A DNA stretch of 64,000 nt, taken from a virus (lineage: Duplodnaviria > Caudoviricetes). The position numbers and the translations under genes were made by a program. The notes below the pieces were generated by a model. It did no database searches and was not told the origin of the DNA. It saw nothing but the letters and a program-made list of their open reading frames with translations. Below are positions 43,473 through 55,442 of the stretch, piece by piece; the stretch's first letter is position 1, and the number at the start of each line of letters is the position of its first letter. The stretch lies in IMG/VR virus record IMGVR_UViG_3300021387_000147. One strand, 5' to 3'.

Positions 43473-44114
43473 ATGAGTGAACCTAAATTGCCATCATGGA
43501 TGAATTATTCTGACTATGAAGATATTATGCATTATCTTCGTCTTTTTGGAGAAATAAAACCTTATTATTTGAAAGCTGAAGATGTATTTAATGCTGAACA
43601 AGAAGTCATGAAAAGAAAGATGGATGATGGTTTAAGACTTATTGACGTTGCTAAAGAAATGATTTGGAGCTATAAATATAAGGAAAGATGGCATCAATTA
43701 CCAAAGGATGAAAATATGGATTTAACAGAAGCAAAACAAGTATTAACAGACAATGGTTATCTGTTAAAAGAAAATACAAATGAATTGACTAAACAAGAAA
43801 AATATGCATTATTATACTTGTTATTAAAAGAACAAGGTGTAAAGTTAGTTGCAAATTTTAAAGATAGTGTAATTGATGACCAAGAAATTGATTTTGTTAT
43901 TGATAACAAATATCCAGCAAGTATCAAGAATGGTCAATTTGGTGGTATGAGTGATGATTTAGCTGATGATCCAGATACAATCTATTATGCAGTTTGGTTC
44001 TCTGATGATGAAGATGATTATAGAGAAGAAACCTATGATATAAACGAAATCATAGAATACGTTAAAGCTGGAAAATGGAATCAGTTCGTTAAAGAAGAAT
44101 TATTAAGTTGGTAA
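43473..44114 (+). CDS. Hypothetical protein with nested leader-family start at 43716
   Basis: Internal TATAAATA 43671-43678, AAGGA RBS, MDLTEAKQVLTDNGYLLKE. Confidence 0.75.
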   Translation: MSEPKLPSWMNYSDYEDIMHYLRLFGEIKPYYLKAEDVFNAEQEVMKRKMDDGLRLIDVAKEMIWSYKYKERWHQLPKDENMDLTEAKQVLTDNGYLLKENTNELTKQEKYALLYLLLKEQGVKLVANFKDSVIDDQEIDFVIDNKYPASIKNGQFGGMSDDLADDPDTIYYAVWFSDDEDDYREETYDINEIIEYVKAGKWNQFVKEELLSW

Positions 44115-44124
44115 GGAATAAAGT

Positions 44125-44673
44125 ATGAATTTAAATGAAGCAAAACAAATCCTAAAGAATGCTGGCTATATCATTGAAGATACTGAAACCAATGATGAAG
44201 AATATGATGCATTATATAATGAATGGGATAAAAAATGGGGTTCAGATCCAGCTATAAATACTCTTATTAAGAAAATGCATAAAGTTAGTAATAAGCGTAT
44301 GGATTTAAAAGATAAGATTGACAACGCAAAGAAGTTCAATTCTAATATTGATAGAATGAAGAAAGATGCAGTCAATATTTTCAAGCAAGCATTTCATGAA
44401 GATGAAGTGACTGACAATGGAGATGGTACGTATACAATAGTTCCTATGAGTGAATATGATATTGAAGCTATCTATAAGTGGGATGATAATGATACTTTGT
44501 CTTGTAAATTTAATTATTCAGACAATGTATTGACATTCAAGCATCTCAGCAAACACTTGAAATATGATCCTAAGGGTGGACCTTGGCAGGAAGGTCAATG
44601 GTCAGGCGATGAAGCACTTGAAAACTTCATTTCAGACTTGGCATTTGAATATCAAAATGCAATGAGTGTATAA
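44125..44673 (+). CDS. Leader-family protein (putative internal head protein)
   Basis: MNLNEAKQILKNAGYIIE. Confidence 0.75.
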   Translation: MNLNEAKQILKNAGYIIEDTETNDEEYDALYNEWDKKWGSDPAINTLIKKMHKVSNKRMDLKDKIDNAKKFNSNIDRMKKDAVNIFKQAFHEDEVTDNGDGTYTIVPMSEYDIEAIYKWDDNDTLSCKFNYSDNVLTFKHLSKHLKYDPKGGPWQEGQWSGDEALENFISDLAFEYQNAMSV

Positions 44674-44684
44674 AAGGTTATAAT

Positions 44685-44969
44685 ATGAATTTAAATGAAG
44701 CAAAACAGATTTTAAAGAATGCTGGATATATCATTGAAAGATATGATCTTGACTATGATTCAGTAAATTCTTCTTTTGATGAAGAAAAACGTCTTGAAAA
44801 GTTTGGTGAATATCTATATGAAGTAAGAGAATTATTATATCGTAAAGGCTTCAGTAGAGGTAAACAAGCTGATAATTATGATGAATTACATGATATAGCA
44901 CATAGATGTTGTAGATTAGGTAAATCTATTGAAGACTGTGCTAAAGAAATAATTTTTACAATAAAATAA
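44685..44969 (+). CDS. Leader-family protein (putative internal head protein)
   Basis: MNLNEAKQILKNAGYIIE. Confidence 0.75.
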   Translation: MNLNEAKQILKNAGYIIERYDLDYDSVNSSFDEEKRLEKFGEYLYEVRELLYRKGFSRGKQADNYDELHDIAHRCCRLGKSIEDCAKEIIFTIK

Positions 44970-44970
44970 A

Positions 44971-44998
44971 AAGAGGACTTTTAGTCCTCTTATAAATA
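44971..44998 (+). promoter_or_regulatory. Hairpin followed by T4-type late promoter TATAAATA
   Basis: aagaggact-ttt-agtcctctt 44971-44991; TATAAATA 44991-44998. Confidence 0.65.
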
Positions 44999-45007
44999 TG
45001 GTTAGAT

Positions 45008-45763
45008 ATGAGTGAACGTGAAGAATATACAGCAGAAACATACCCAAGTTTTGGTAAGAAATATAACGGTGAAAAAGCTATCATTAGTTTAACATCTTGG
45101 AAAGCTCGCATAAATACAGTTTCAAAAACTCTGTATAGCCTATTAACACAGTGTCCTGGTTTTCATATAGTTCTTGTGTTATCAGAAGAAGAATTTCCAA
45201 AGAAAATGAATGCTTTACCTAAGAATTTAAAATTATTAGTTGATAATGAATTAATTGAAATTTTTTGGGTATATAAGAACTATAAAGCATTTAAAAAAGT
45301 TCTTTTTACAATGAATAAGTATAAAGACGTTCCAATTATTTCTGCAGATGATGATTTAATTTATATTAAAAATTATGCAGATTTTTTATATAATAAATGG
45401 AAAGTATTAAATACTTATTGCATAGGTTTATCATCATCATACTATAAAAAAACAAATAATTTATGGATAGCTGGATTATGGGGATATGCACAATTATTTC
45501 CACCACATTTTATAGATTATTTAGATTTTAATATAATAAAACAAATTACAAATTTAGGTTGCATTGATGATGATACATTTTATGATATTTATAGACAAAA
45601 ATTTAATATAAATGCATTTAGTTTTCAAATACAATTTAATAAAAATAATTTTATTATTAATAATAATGTTAATCAAAATAATTGTATTACAAATCAACGT
45701 ATAAATCATAAATTAAATGATAAAAAAATATATGAGGGTTTATTAAATGTTAATAATCGGTAA
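45008..45763 (+). CDS. GT-A fold glycosyltransferase
   Basis: IISLTSW..RI, L.SLL.Q, FKK, IISADDDLIY (DxD), DDD.F. Confidence 0.8.
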   Translation: MSEREEYTAETYPSFGKKYNGEKAIISLTSWKARINTVSKTLYSLLTQCPGFHIVLVLSEEEFPKKMNALPKNLKLLVDNELIEIFWVYKNYKAFKKVLFTMNKYKDVPIISADDDLIYIKNYADFLYNKWKVLNTYCIGLSSSYYKKTNNLWIAGLWGYAQLFPPHFIDYLDFNIIKQITNLGCIDDDTFYDIYRQKFNINAFSFQIQFNKNNFIINNNVNQNNCITNQRINHKLNDKKIYEGLLNVNNR

Positions 45764-46283
45764 TAATTGTTGTGGAGCAGAAATTTATAAAAGTGTAATA
45801 AAACAGCAATATAATAATCCATTTATTTGGTGTAGAACTGATATTATATCATTAGCAAAATATTGGAATAATATAAATTTTAAAAATATTGACATTTTTA
45901 ATGAAAATAAATTATTAGGATTTTGGCATATATTAATAGATAATAAATGTGATTTACGATTTAGACATCATAAATTTGATCCTAAAGCTAAAATACCAAT
46001 AATAATTCAACCAACTGATACACAAGACGCTGAAATACGTTATTGTAAAATTTGGGAATTATTAGTAAATGACTATAACAAAAGATTAAATCGAATGGAT
46101 TTAAATGAAAAACCAATCTTCGTATTTTATGAAGATTGGCAAGATGGTCCAGAAAAATTAGAAGAGCTTAAAAAATATACAGACAGAATAATTATTATAC
46201 CAAAAATAAAAGGATGTGGTGTAGTAAAAACAGTTAGATTAAAAGCAGATTATATAAAAAAAGAATTAGAAAAATTTAAATAA
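45747..46283 (+). CDS. DUF1919-like (polysaccharide-locus) protein
   Basis: IIGNNCCG..IY....YNNPF, F.H, KRLNR. Confidence 0.6.
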   Translation: MLIIGNNCCGAEIYKSVIKQQYNNPFIWCRTDIISLAKYWNNINFKNIDIFNENKLLGFWHILIDNKCDLRFRHHKFDPKAKIPIIIQPTDTQDAEIRYCKIWELLVNDYNKRLNRMDLNEKPIFVFYEDWQDGPEKLEELKKYTDRIIIIPKIKGCGVVKTVRLKADYIKKELEKFK

Positions 46284-46869
46284 TCTTATTTTCTATGATA
46301 TAATCAGCAACAGTCCCAACATATTGAGATTTTGGATGTATAATTTTTAAATTTAAATTTGAAAATAATTTAGAATCAATATTATGTTTTGTTGCCCATA
46401 TAATTTCATATTTAAAATTTTTATCATTTAATTTTTGTAAAATTTCAATAGAATTATCATGTCGAACTGTATCAACTGTTGAATATGTATCATCATCTAC
46501 TATTAAAAATATAGGTTTTTCTTTTGTTTCAAACATTCTTTTGCATCGATTTTTATATTTTTCAAGCGCATATTCCCATGGTTTATAATAATAAACATCT
46601 ACAAAATTTTTAATTGGTTTAATAGCTTTTTTATCATATAAAATATGAATATATCTTATTATAATTTTTGAATCGATTATAATATCTATACCTTTTTTAG
46701 GTGTTTTATCAGGAAAATCGATTTTATCAAAATTTATATTATCCCAATTTAACATTAAACATAAAAATGAATCTGCTGGTATTAAATTCCACATAAATGG
46801 ATTATTATACATCATATTCATTTTTTTATATAAAAAACCACTAGCACAATTATTACAAATTATTTGCAT
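46276..46869 (-). CDS. DUF1919-like protein, paralog of 45747-46283
   Basis: IICNNCASGFLY....YNNPF, Y.H, KY..R..R. Confidence 0.6.
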   Translation of the reverse strand: MQIICNNCASGFLYKKMNMMYNNPFMWNLIPADSFLCLMLNWDNINFDKIDFPDKTPKKGIDIIIDSKIIIRYIHILYDKKAIKPIKNFVDVYYYKPWEYALEKYKNRCKRMFETKEKPIFLIVDDDTYSTVDTVRHDNSIEILQKLNDKNFKYEIIWATKHNIDSKLFSNLNLKIIHPKSQYVGTVADYIIENKII

Positions 46870-48350
46870 ATTTTAATTTCATCTAAAATTATTTTACATA
46901 ATTTATTTTCATGTTCATAATTATTTATATGAAAATTTTGTGATACTGCATAATGTTCATAATCTGGTAAATTTATAAAATTTGTACTATGAGGTTTATC
47001 ATTAATAATTATCCATTCCATTCTTCTTTGTTTTGCTAAACAACCATAATAGAAGTCATCATGTTTTGTATCAATAATAGCTTGTGTAAGTTTATAATTT
47101 TTAAAACAGCCTGGAGGAAATAGGATTCCACTTCCGCCACCACCAAATACAATATTTTCTCTAAAGAAATTATTAAATGAGACTATATAATCTTTATCTT
47201 TTTCCCATAGTCCATACAAAATATCTGCATAATTTCTATAATAAACACATCCATCATCTGCAGTAATAATTGGCACATCAGGATATTTGTCCATAGTTGG
47301 CAACATCTTCTTAAATGAATATGTATTTTCCTTAACCCACAATAATTCAAAATATCCATTATAAAGTAATGACCTCAAATTTTCAGGTAATTCCTTTTCT
47401 TTTTGAGGAAATTCATCTTCTGATAATACCAATACAATATGATACCCAGGACACTGAGTAATTAATGAATTCAATGTATAATATACACTTCCAATACGCT
47501 TCTTCCAAGAAGTCATTGAAATAATTGCTTTTTCACCATTGTATTTCTTTATCTTGCTTGCATCTTCTGTATAATTCAAATAAAGCTTATACAAATCTTC
47601 TTGCTTACAATAAACCCAACCTTTATCTTTTATACAGAATTGATTAAATGGAATTGGTCTAACTGTATTATGCAAATTCCAAGTCATAAATTCACTTTGT
47701 AGAACTTGTTGAGACATTGGAAATACTTTAGGTTTAAATTCATTCTTAAACATATTCAATGCAAAAGAATAAACTGTCTGATCTAGACGTTCAATTTCAT
47801 TTGTTCCTAAAGTCTTTAATAAATTAAATACTGTATTATCAATATGCTTTATTTTATCAGTATTCTTTTCAATACGGATAGTTCCTTGATATAGGCCTTT
47901 ATAATCAAAGTTATATCCATTAGCTTCCATAAAGCCAATACATCTATTTGTATTAGCAGCAGGATAATTTCTAAATCTCATCCATGCAAGATATTCTACA
48001 TCTATTCTGTCTCTTTCTGGATGGATATTTAGACCAAGTTCACAATCAGACTTCATAAAGTCATCATATAATTTACGTAATGATTTATTGATTTGAACTG
48101 AACCATCTAGATAAATGCAAACAGGAGTAGTTGCATAATTGAATAGATTAAATCTTACTTTATAACATTTCTCAAATACAGAAAGACCATCCAGAGAATG
48201 GTCTACAATAACATTCCAAACATTTGATTTTAGATTTTCATCATCGGTAATATAAATGTATTCACAATTAGGATCTATTTCTTTTGGGTCTCGCATAATT
48301 TCATAATTATTGAAATTATACATCAATATACTATATAATTTTTCACTCAT
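46860..48350 (-). CDS. Two-domain glycosyltransferase (DUF616-like N-domain + GT-A domain paralogous to 45008-45763)
   Basis: NNYE...P......EYIYITDD, YLDGS, HPERD, RLDQ; then KKYNGEKAIISMTSW...ITADDG. Confidence 0.8.
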   Translation of the reverse strand: MSEKLYSILMYNFNNYEIMRDPKEIDPNCEYIYITDDENLKSNVWNVIVDHSLDGLSVFEKCYKVRFNLFNYATTPVCIYLDGSVQINKSLRKLYDDFMKSDCELGLNIHPERDRIDVEYLAWMRFRNYPAANTNRCIGFMEANGYNFDYKGLYQGTIRIEKNTDKIKHIDNTVFNLLKTLGTNEIERLDQTVYSFALNMFKNEFKPKVFPMSQQVLQSEFMTWNLHNTVRPIPFNQFCIKDKGWVYCKQEDLYKLYLNYTEDASKIKKYNGEKAIISMTSWKKRIGSVYYTLNSLITQCPGYHIVLVLSEDEFPQKEKELPENLRSLLYNGYFELLWVKENTYSFKKMLPTMDKYPDVPIITADDGCVYYRNYADILYGLWEKDKDYIVSFNNFFRENIVFGGGGSGILFPPGCFKNYKLTQAIIDTKHDDFYYGCLAKQRRMEWIIINDKPHSTNFINLPDYEHYAVSQNFHINNYEHENKLCKIILDEIKICK

Positions 48351-48360
48351 ATCTTATATA

Positions 48361-48573
48361 TTACCTTGTACAATATATTTTGCATTTACAATGTGGACAC
48401 CATGTTTGAATGACTTTATACATAGTGCACCAATCTTTTTCATCTTGCATACGTCTTTCTTCAGGTTTTACATAATGCCATTCATTAGGTCCTGCCATAA
48501 AGACAGTTTTACAATGTTTACATTGAAATGCTTGTTTTTCAAATTCTTTAATATCTTTTGGAAATAAACTCAT
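48361..48573 (-). CDS. Zinc-ribbon protein
   Basis: CKHC ... CPHC. Confidence 0.6.
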   Translation of the reverse strand: MSLFPKDIKEFEKQAFQCKHCKTVFMAGPNEWHYVKPEERRMQDEKDWCTMYKVIQTWCPHCKCKIYCTR

Positions 48574-49540
48574 ATTTTACCTTACATAAAAATCCATGTT
48601 CCAGCATCTAGACGTTCTGTTGCTTCTTCTATAGATTTGCCTTCATCATAAAACTGTTTTAAATCATCACCAAAATCAAAATCATTATAAATGCTTTCTT
48701 TTAAATCTTCAAAAGACCAATTTTTAAATTGTTCACATTCATTAAGATTTTGTAATACAGCTGTTTCATATTCTGAAAAAGTCATATTTACCCATTATCA
48801 GGTTGAATTTTTACATCAATTTTTAGACCATGTTCTCCACAAGAATGGCACCAACTAGCGATATTAGCAATATCTTGAGCTTTTAATGTTTTTGTATCAT
48901 AGATTTTAACATCTTGTGGGTCAAAATCTTCTGGAGTCATATCCTCTATTTCATCTCTATCATATTCATCTTCTGCATAACTAATTATTGCTATCTTTGC
49001 CATCTTTATCCTCTGCTATATTGAAAGGTTCTATATTACGATTATATAAGGCTCTAATTTGGTCAGAATCATCAATCAATTTAGAAGCTATTTGAAGATC
49101 AGGTAAAATCTGTATAAAATGCCACATATCAGACTTTTCTATCATTCTCTTTTGAAAATCTTTTTCTTGTTTAATTGATAATTCTAAATTAGTCATGCCT
49201 ATAATCCCAAAGAAATCCTTTTGAACCTTCGTTTTCTTTTATTTGTTTAATGATATTCTTGACTAATTTTATTTCTTCTGGAGTTGCATCACAACCAGCA
49301 TCACCTATATTATCATACTCATATTTAATATCTAATGAAATACAATTATTTTTGATAATAGGCTTTATTTCAAAAGTCACTTCAATAGAATACCATTCAC
49401 AATCATCAGTTCTATTCTTTTGGATAAAGCCTAAAACTAAATCATTATCTTCTATAGAATCTTTAGTTAATTTATCTAATCTTAAAGTTGAATTTTTAAG
49501 CATTAAATTGATAGATTTTATTACTTCATTGAATTTTTCA

Positions 49541-49825
49541 CTAGTCATTCTTTTCCTCTATCTTACGTGTTTCTTCCATAATGACTTTGTATATACGTCT
49601 AATTGATTCTTCACTATAAGGACATTTCGTAAGCTTAGCTACTGTAACAATATCATTTAGAATAAAATTTTCTCTATCTTCATCAATAATCTTTAGTCCT
49701 TCTTTCTTTTTGAGTTTGCCAATTTCTTTAGCATAAGAACCTCTACGATTCAATCCAGATAGAATTTCACAATCTATTTGAGTCACACATGCACGTAATT
49801 CGTTAATTATATTATTACTAGTCAT
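49541..49825 (-). CDS. Monofunctional chorismate mutase (AroQ type)
   Basis: INELR...ID.EI...L..R...A.EIG.LK......I.D..RE..IL. Confidence 0.85.
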   Translation of the reverse strand: MTSNNIINELRACVTQIDCEILSGLNRRGSYAKEIGKLKKKEGLKIIDEDRENFILNDIVTVAKLTKCPYSEESIRRIYKVIMEETRKIEEKND

Positions 49826-52800
49826 AATCTATTATCCACTATACCTAATTCTTTAAATGCTTCTAACATATCATCAACAGAATATGTTATAAGTGTCGCA
49901 AGTTTCCAAATATGTTTGCTACCATCAGAATATATTGCATCTTCAAATAAACTCGCATAATACTTACATGCATCAGGAAAACGTTCGTGATATGGACAAT
50001 CACGACTTAAATGAAGCTTCTTTACTGAACCATCTTCATTAAACAAACGTTTCTTAATAATTTCATTCTTTTTCAAATCTTCAATGTGATTAAAATCTAC
50101 AGATGGTCCGTTTGCATATAATTCAAATGTTTTCATTAGACTTTACCTTATCACTAGTCATCTACATATCCTTTTAAATCAATTACAAGTTTCTTAATTT
50201 CAGCTTTAGACAATATCTCTTTTAGATAAATTTCTGATCCATATCTTGGATTAACATTTTTAAAATTTTCAATAGTAGCTGCAGCACCTTGCTTAAAAGG
50301 ATATTTTATTGCTTCTGTAACATCGTCTGTTAGATAGTCATTTGGACTATTAGCATAAGAGGTCATTTTAAAATACTTATTCATGTATTTTAAGACATAT
50401 ACACTTTGGTGTTTTTCAAATAACATTATAATACCTTTGCTTCTTTAAATTGCCATTCAACTAAATTTCTATATGAGTAATGTTCTTTTTCGACTAAAAC
50501 ATTATTGTTAACAATTTCACCTAATACACAAACATGACCATATCCTTTATATTCATGCCTTAATTTAGATGGAAATTTATGAATAGCATCTTTAGCATCT
50601 TTTGCTTCTACAATAAAAGAATCAGTCAAGCTAGGTATTCCTTCCATACCTTGATCTAAAAAATACCAACAAATTAAATACTTTTTCATTAGACTTTACC
50701 CATATCCTTTTCTAAATAGTTTACAATATTCTGAACTGATGCTGAAGTCACATTCTTATAATTTGTTGCAATACGTCTCTGATTTGGATAAAAGATTCTC
50801 CATTGTTCTTCTTGCAAAATGATTTCATAAATGTGTCTTCCATTTCTATAGACTTTTACACCAGCATAATTTTCTGTTTGTCCAACATACGTATCTGTTG
50901 AAATAAAATAAAGTGCTTTTAATTGCAATTTTTCTCTAATTTGTTTAGCCAATTCATGGACTAAATCTACTTGTTGTGTTGTTATCATGTGAGTTTCCAT
51001 ATTTTTACCAACTTATCCAAAAACCAAAATCTTCTTCTTCCCAAGTATTACCAAATCCATTTCTTACTGTATATTTAGTTTTATCATCTTTAATAGTAAA
51101 TCCTTCGGCTTTAAGTCTATCTTTTACACGATATGAAATTACATCATTAAATACATAAGATTCATCATAATATAATGACCTGCTTCCAGATTTTGCTTCA
51201 TTTGCAATCAATTTCTTTAACATTTTATAATGACGTTCATCTTCTTTATATTCTTTTTCTATTAATTTATCAAGTCTTTCTTTATTCTTTTTTAATGTTT
51301 TTGGTGACACCATATTAGAAGCATCTTTTGCGTTAAAAGATACATCTTGTTTATTTCTATATAAAAATAAACTAATCATACCAAAAACAAATAAAATTGC
51401 TATAAGTATCATTCTTCATTCCATTCATGAGGTTTAACAGATAATAATCTATTTTCTATATCATTAACAAGGTCAAGCAATCGTTTTTCGTCTTCGGTGT
51501 CTGTCATTTTCTTTACCCATCCTTCCATAGAGGTAGCAACCATATATGGGTCATTACCCAATACCTCAACCATATCTTGACAAAGTTTTTTCCAAAAGTT
51601 TATATCGTGTGTCATATTTACCACCCACAATCACACTCGGTTATTCCTTGCAATGCATTGATTTTAGCATTATATGCTTCTGTACTATCACGCATAACAA
51701 GAATCGCTTTTGTCACTTTATCCTTATCACCAGAATACGTAATATGATATTCATATCGTTTACTGAACCATCCAGTCTGTATAACTTCCCTATCTATCTT
51801 ACAATCTATTTGAAACCTATCAGCAAATTGATATGCTGTTCGTGATAGACCATTGACTTCATGGTCACTTGTTATTGAAAATGTACGTCTAAAATCACTC
51901 ATAGTATGCCTCTTTATGTTATATCCCAATCTTCTTCATAATCAAAGTTTTCAGGTCTATATTTCTTATCCCAATTCCAGTTAACTTCTTTAAATACTTG
52001 TTTTTCTACCATAATTGGTAAAATACTAAAAAGTGTTAATTCGCCATTCCAACTATACATTTTAAATTCGGAATCAGGTTCATCCTTTTGCATATCAGCA
52101 ACAATCTGTTCCATTTTTCGTGTGTCAATTCCAGACCAACAACATTTAATAAATTCACCATTTTTTGTCACAAAAAATTTATTCATATTTCTTTATCCTA
52201 ATCTTGATTTCTCATTTCTTCAGCAAAGTCAATACCATCAGTAAGACCTATAAGATAATTTCTAACAGATGCAAGAATAGATGCATCAGGATAACCTTCA
52301 TCCCTTAGTTCATCAATTCTGTTAACTAACTTATCTGAAATTTCACGGACTTTTTCTTCTGCTACTGTCATATTAGTCTCCTAATTAGCTGGTTTAAAAT
52401 CAATTATAATCTTCTTAATTTGATTATCATCTTGACGGTCAATTGTAATACCTTTTACTGCACACAAATTTATTCCTAATTGATTTACAATAAACTGTTC
52501 AATCAATTCTTCTGTTGTTGGTGTCACTTTATTATTCATTCTTTTACCTCATAAATTGAATCAATATTTGTATCAATTGGTAATTTAACACTTGATGGAG
52601 CTACATAAGTTTTATGCTCATTCAACAATCCAACTGGTGCATGTAATTTACCAAACATCAATCTACATAATATACCTTCACCTTGTTCATTATTGATATA
52701 CAATAATCTTGGATATAATTTTACATTTCCAAAGTCCTTATAACTTTTCAAATGAGGACATTCAGGAGTATTATATGGATATACTTTAGACAATAGATAA

Positions 52801-54654
52801 TCAATTGTTGAATATCCTAAACAAACTCCATCTTTATGTTGCTTTAATTCATCTAACGTCATTAGTCTGGTTCTCCTGAATAAGATTTTCCATTTACATA
52901 AAAATCACAATTATGTGTTGCATATAAACGAATTTGTTCAACAAATTCATCTAACTGGTCAGGTAAAGTAAATACCTGTTCACCTTCTTCAGAATCTGCA
53001 CCTTCAAATGTCACTTTAAATTTATTCATTATTTACTTCTCCAAACTACTTCTTTTTTAGGTTTTTTAATTGGATCCCAATTGTGCTCGATGAATTGTTT
53101 AGCTTCTTCTAAGTTGGTATAATATACCTCCATGCAATACTCTCCGCCACCGTCCCATACCGAATGCCACCAAATAAACCATACTTGAGGATAATATATT
53201 TTATTTTCAAGAAGCACTCTCTTTGGCAACTTTCTAATAAAAGCTCTCCATAGATTTTTCATATTTAAATTTCCTTAATTTGGACTTCATCATCTATTTC
53301 ACCAATGAAAATTTTATCATCTGGTGTTACACCATACCAATCACTTCTCTCATTACATATATTTTTAACAAGTGTCAATTTACTTTTTGCTGCATTAAAA
53401 GTAGCATAATGCGTTGCTTGACTAAGTTCATCAATCCAATTACCACAAAAACCCTTTGAACCCCAATATTTAATATCAGTAAATCTTTTATTATTTTCAC
53501 TAGGTTCTAAACATAAAACCCATGTTTTTATTTTTCCATTAAAGATTTTATTCATTATAGTCCACCTAATTCCTTAATTCTCTTCTGAAATTCACTTACA
53601 CTTATTGTACAATCTTCATACTTCTCAGGAGGTTTTTCTCCTGTCATATCAGCAATCTTCTTATAAAAATCCAAAACATCTTGCTTTGTCTTTTCTTCTA
53701 TTGCTTTTATTTCTGCTTCTTCTGCTTCTTCATCATATTCTGAATCATCATCACAATATGGTGATTCAAACTTCTTAGCCCACTTTCCTTTCAATGCATC
53801 GCTTACATCAGTATATTTTGCTTTTACTTTACCATCATAAGGATCTTTTTCATGATAATCAAAATCTGCAGCTAAATAAATTGTATTATCATCTGGAAAT
53901 TCTACAATATGATCAACATCTGCATATTCCCATGCACCACATGCATGAGAATTATCATAGAACATTGTTACTTCTGTATCTTCTCCATTATGTTCTTTTG
54001 CAATTGCATCTAAAATTGCTCTTAATTCTTTAATCTTCATCTTCAATCTCCACTATTTCTTCTAAAAATGGTTTATCCTTTAAATTTAATGGAACATAAG
54101 CATCTTCAAATAATTTTCGAATTCCTTTTGACAATGGATCAGATGAAACTGCACCAGTAAATCCTGAATAATTAGCATTACTCTTCCATGGTTCCATTAG
54201 TTTATCATCATAACATCGCTTTACATAATCAGCAACAAAATCACTCATCTTACTCATCTTTCAAATCCCTAACGTAATCAATATCTACAAAAACTATAGC
54301 ATTACTTAAATCATATTGAATACCAATATCAAATAAACGTATTACATATTCTCTTTTTTCACTATTAACAAAATTTATAATTGCTTTTGTTGCTTCTTTA
54401 GCAATCTTCTTTCCTAACATTAATACTGGCAAATATCTATCATCCATATCCATAAGAACTGTAATATGATGTGTTGCAACATTATCAACATCTTTAATAA
54501 ATGTTACACCAGTCTCTTTACAAACAGTTGCTGCTACTGCCAAAGATAATGGATTTTGTAAACAATTAGAATTTGCAGACTTAGAAACTTCATAAATAAA
54601 TCTTTGTTTTTCTTCATCTTTCATTTGAGCAAGTGTTTCTTTTACTTCATCCAT
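49822..54654 (-). other. Dense run of small hypothetical CDSs
   Basis: Tiling ORFs with overlapping start/stop codons, none assignable. Confidence 0.65.
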
Positions 54655-55043
54655 TCAGTGACTGCTCCTAAATAAACATCTCTCTTTTCTTCACGATAAT
54701 TATTCAACCAATCTGCAACTAAATGACGATGACAAAAATCACCAGGCTTCTCATAACACAATAAAATAATCTTATCTGAACTTACTCCAGTAAATCCTTC
54801 TAATTCTTTTATTACTTGTGCAGGGTCTAATTTATCTAAAACCATTTCATAGAAATTCTTTGTATAATAATCATTATCACCTTTATGTGAACCATTCTTC
54901 CATTCAGAGAAAAATGACCACTTTGGTGCCAACTTCTTATACTCTGCTCCATGGTACCAATCAGGACACTTTCCTGCAATTGATACTGGATATAAACCAT
55001 CTGCCAAATATTTCTTTAATTGTGAATAATAACCTGTATACAT
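54642..55043 (-). CDS. DUF488-family protein
   Basis: YTGYY, VSIA...P.W, KKLAP, LLCYEKPGDFCHRHLVADWL. Confidence 0.85.
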   Translation of the reverse strand: MYTGYYSQLKKYLADGLYPVSIAGKCPDWYHGAEYKKLAPKWSFFSEWKNGSHKGDNDYYTKNFYEMVLDKLDPAQVIKELEGFTGVSSDKIILLCYEKPGDFCHRHLVADWLNNYREEKRDVYLGAVTEWMK

Positions 55044-55166
55044 TTTGTTATCCTAATAATGAAAATAGAAATGCGTATGTGCCTATCCATAAACAGGCAT
55101 AAATAAATATACCAATTCTCCTACACAATGGGCGGTTTTCCCAGTCAAATAAATCTGAAAATTTCA

Positions 55167-55442
55167 TTATTTTTCCTCTTTTTTTGGATCTTTTGTAAAA
55201 ACTTGGGACACGTATGGACAAAAGATGACTCCACTATTTCCATTCTTTTTCTTAATTTGTTCTGCCAAAAATTCATATAATGGGTCACCAGGTTCACACC
55301 ATTTTGGAATCTCATTTGCTATCAATTCTTCATCTGGAATTTTATAACTTCCTTTAAATGGAAGTAAAATACCATCTAAATCCTGACTATAAAGATCTCT
55401 GTAAATCTTCACATCTTTTTTGCCTTTCTTTGATGAACTCAT
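55167..55442 (-). CDS. Mini-protein resembling a C-terminal segment of T4-type major capsid protein
   Basis: VKIYRDLY...ILLPFKGS and SGVIFCPYV. Confidence 0.45.
   Translation of the reverse strand: MSSSKKGKKDVKIYRDLYSQDLDGILLPFKGSYKIPDEELIANEIPKWCEPGDPLYEFLAEQIKKKNGNSGVIFCPYVSQVFTKDPKKEEK

Noticed and set aside
54250-54654. Possible third capsid fragment
   Set aside because: Similarity to the gp23 EINRE helix too weak to support
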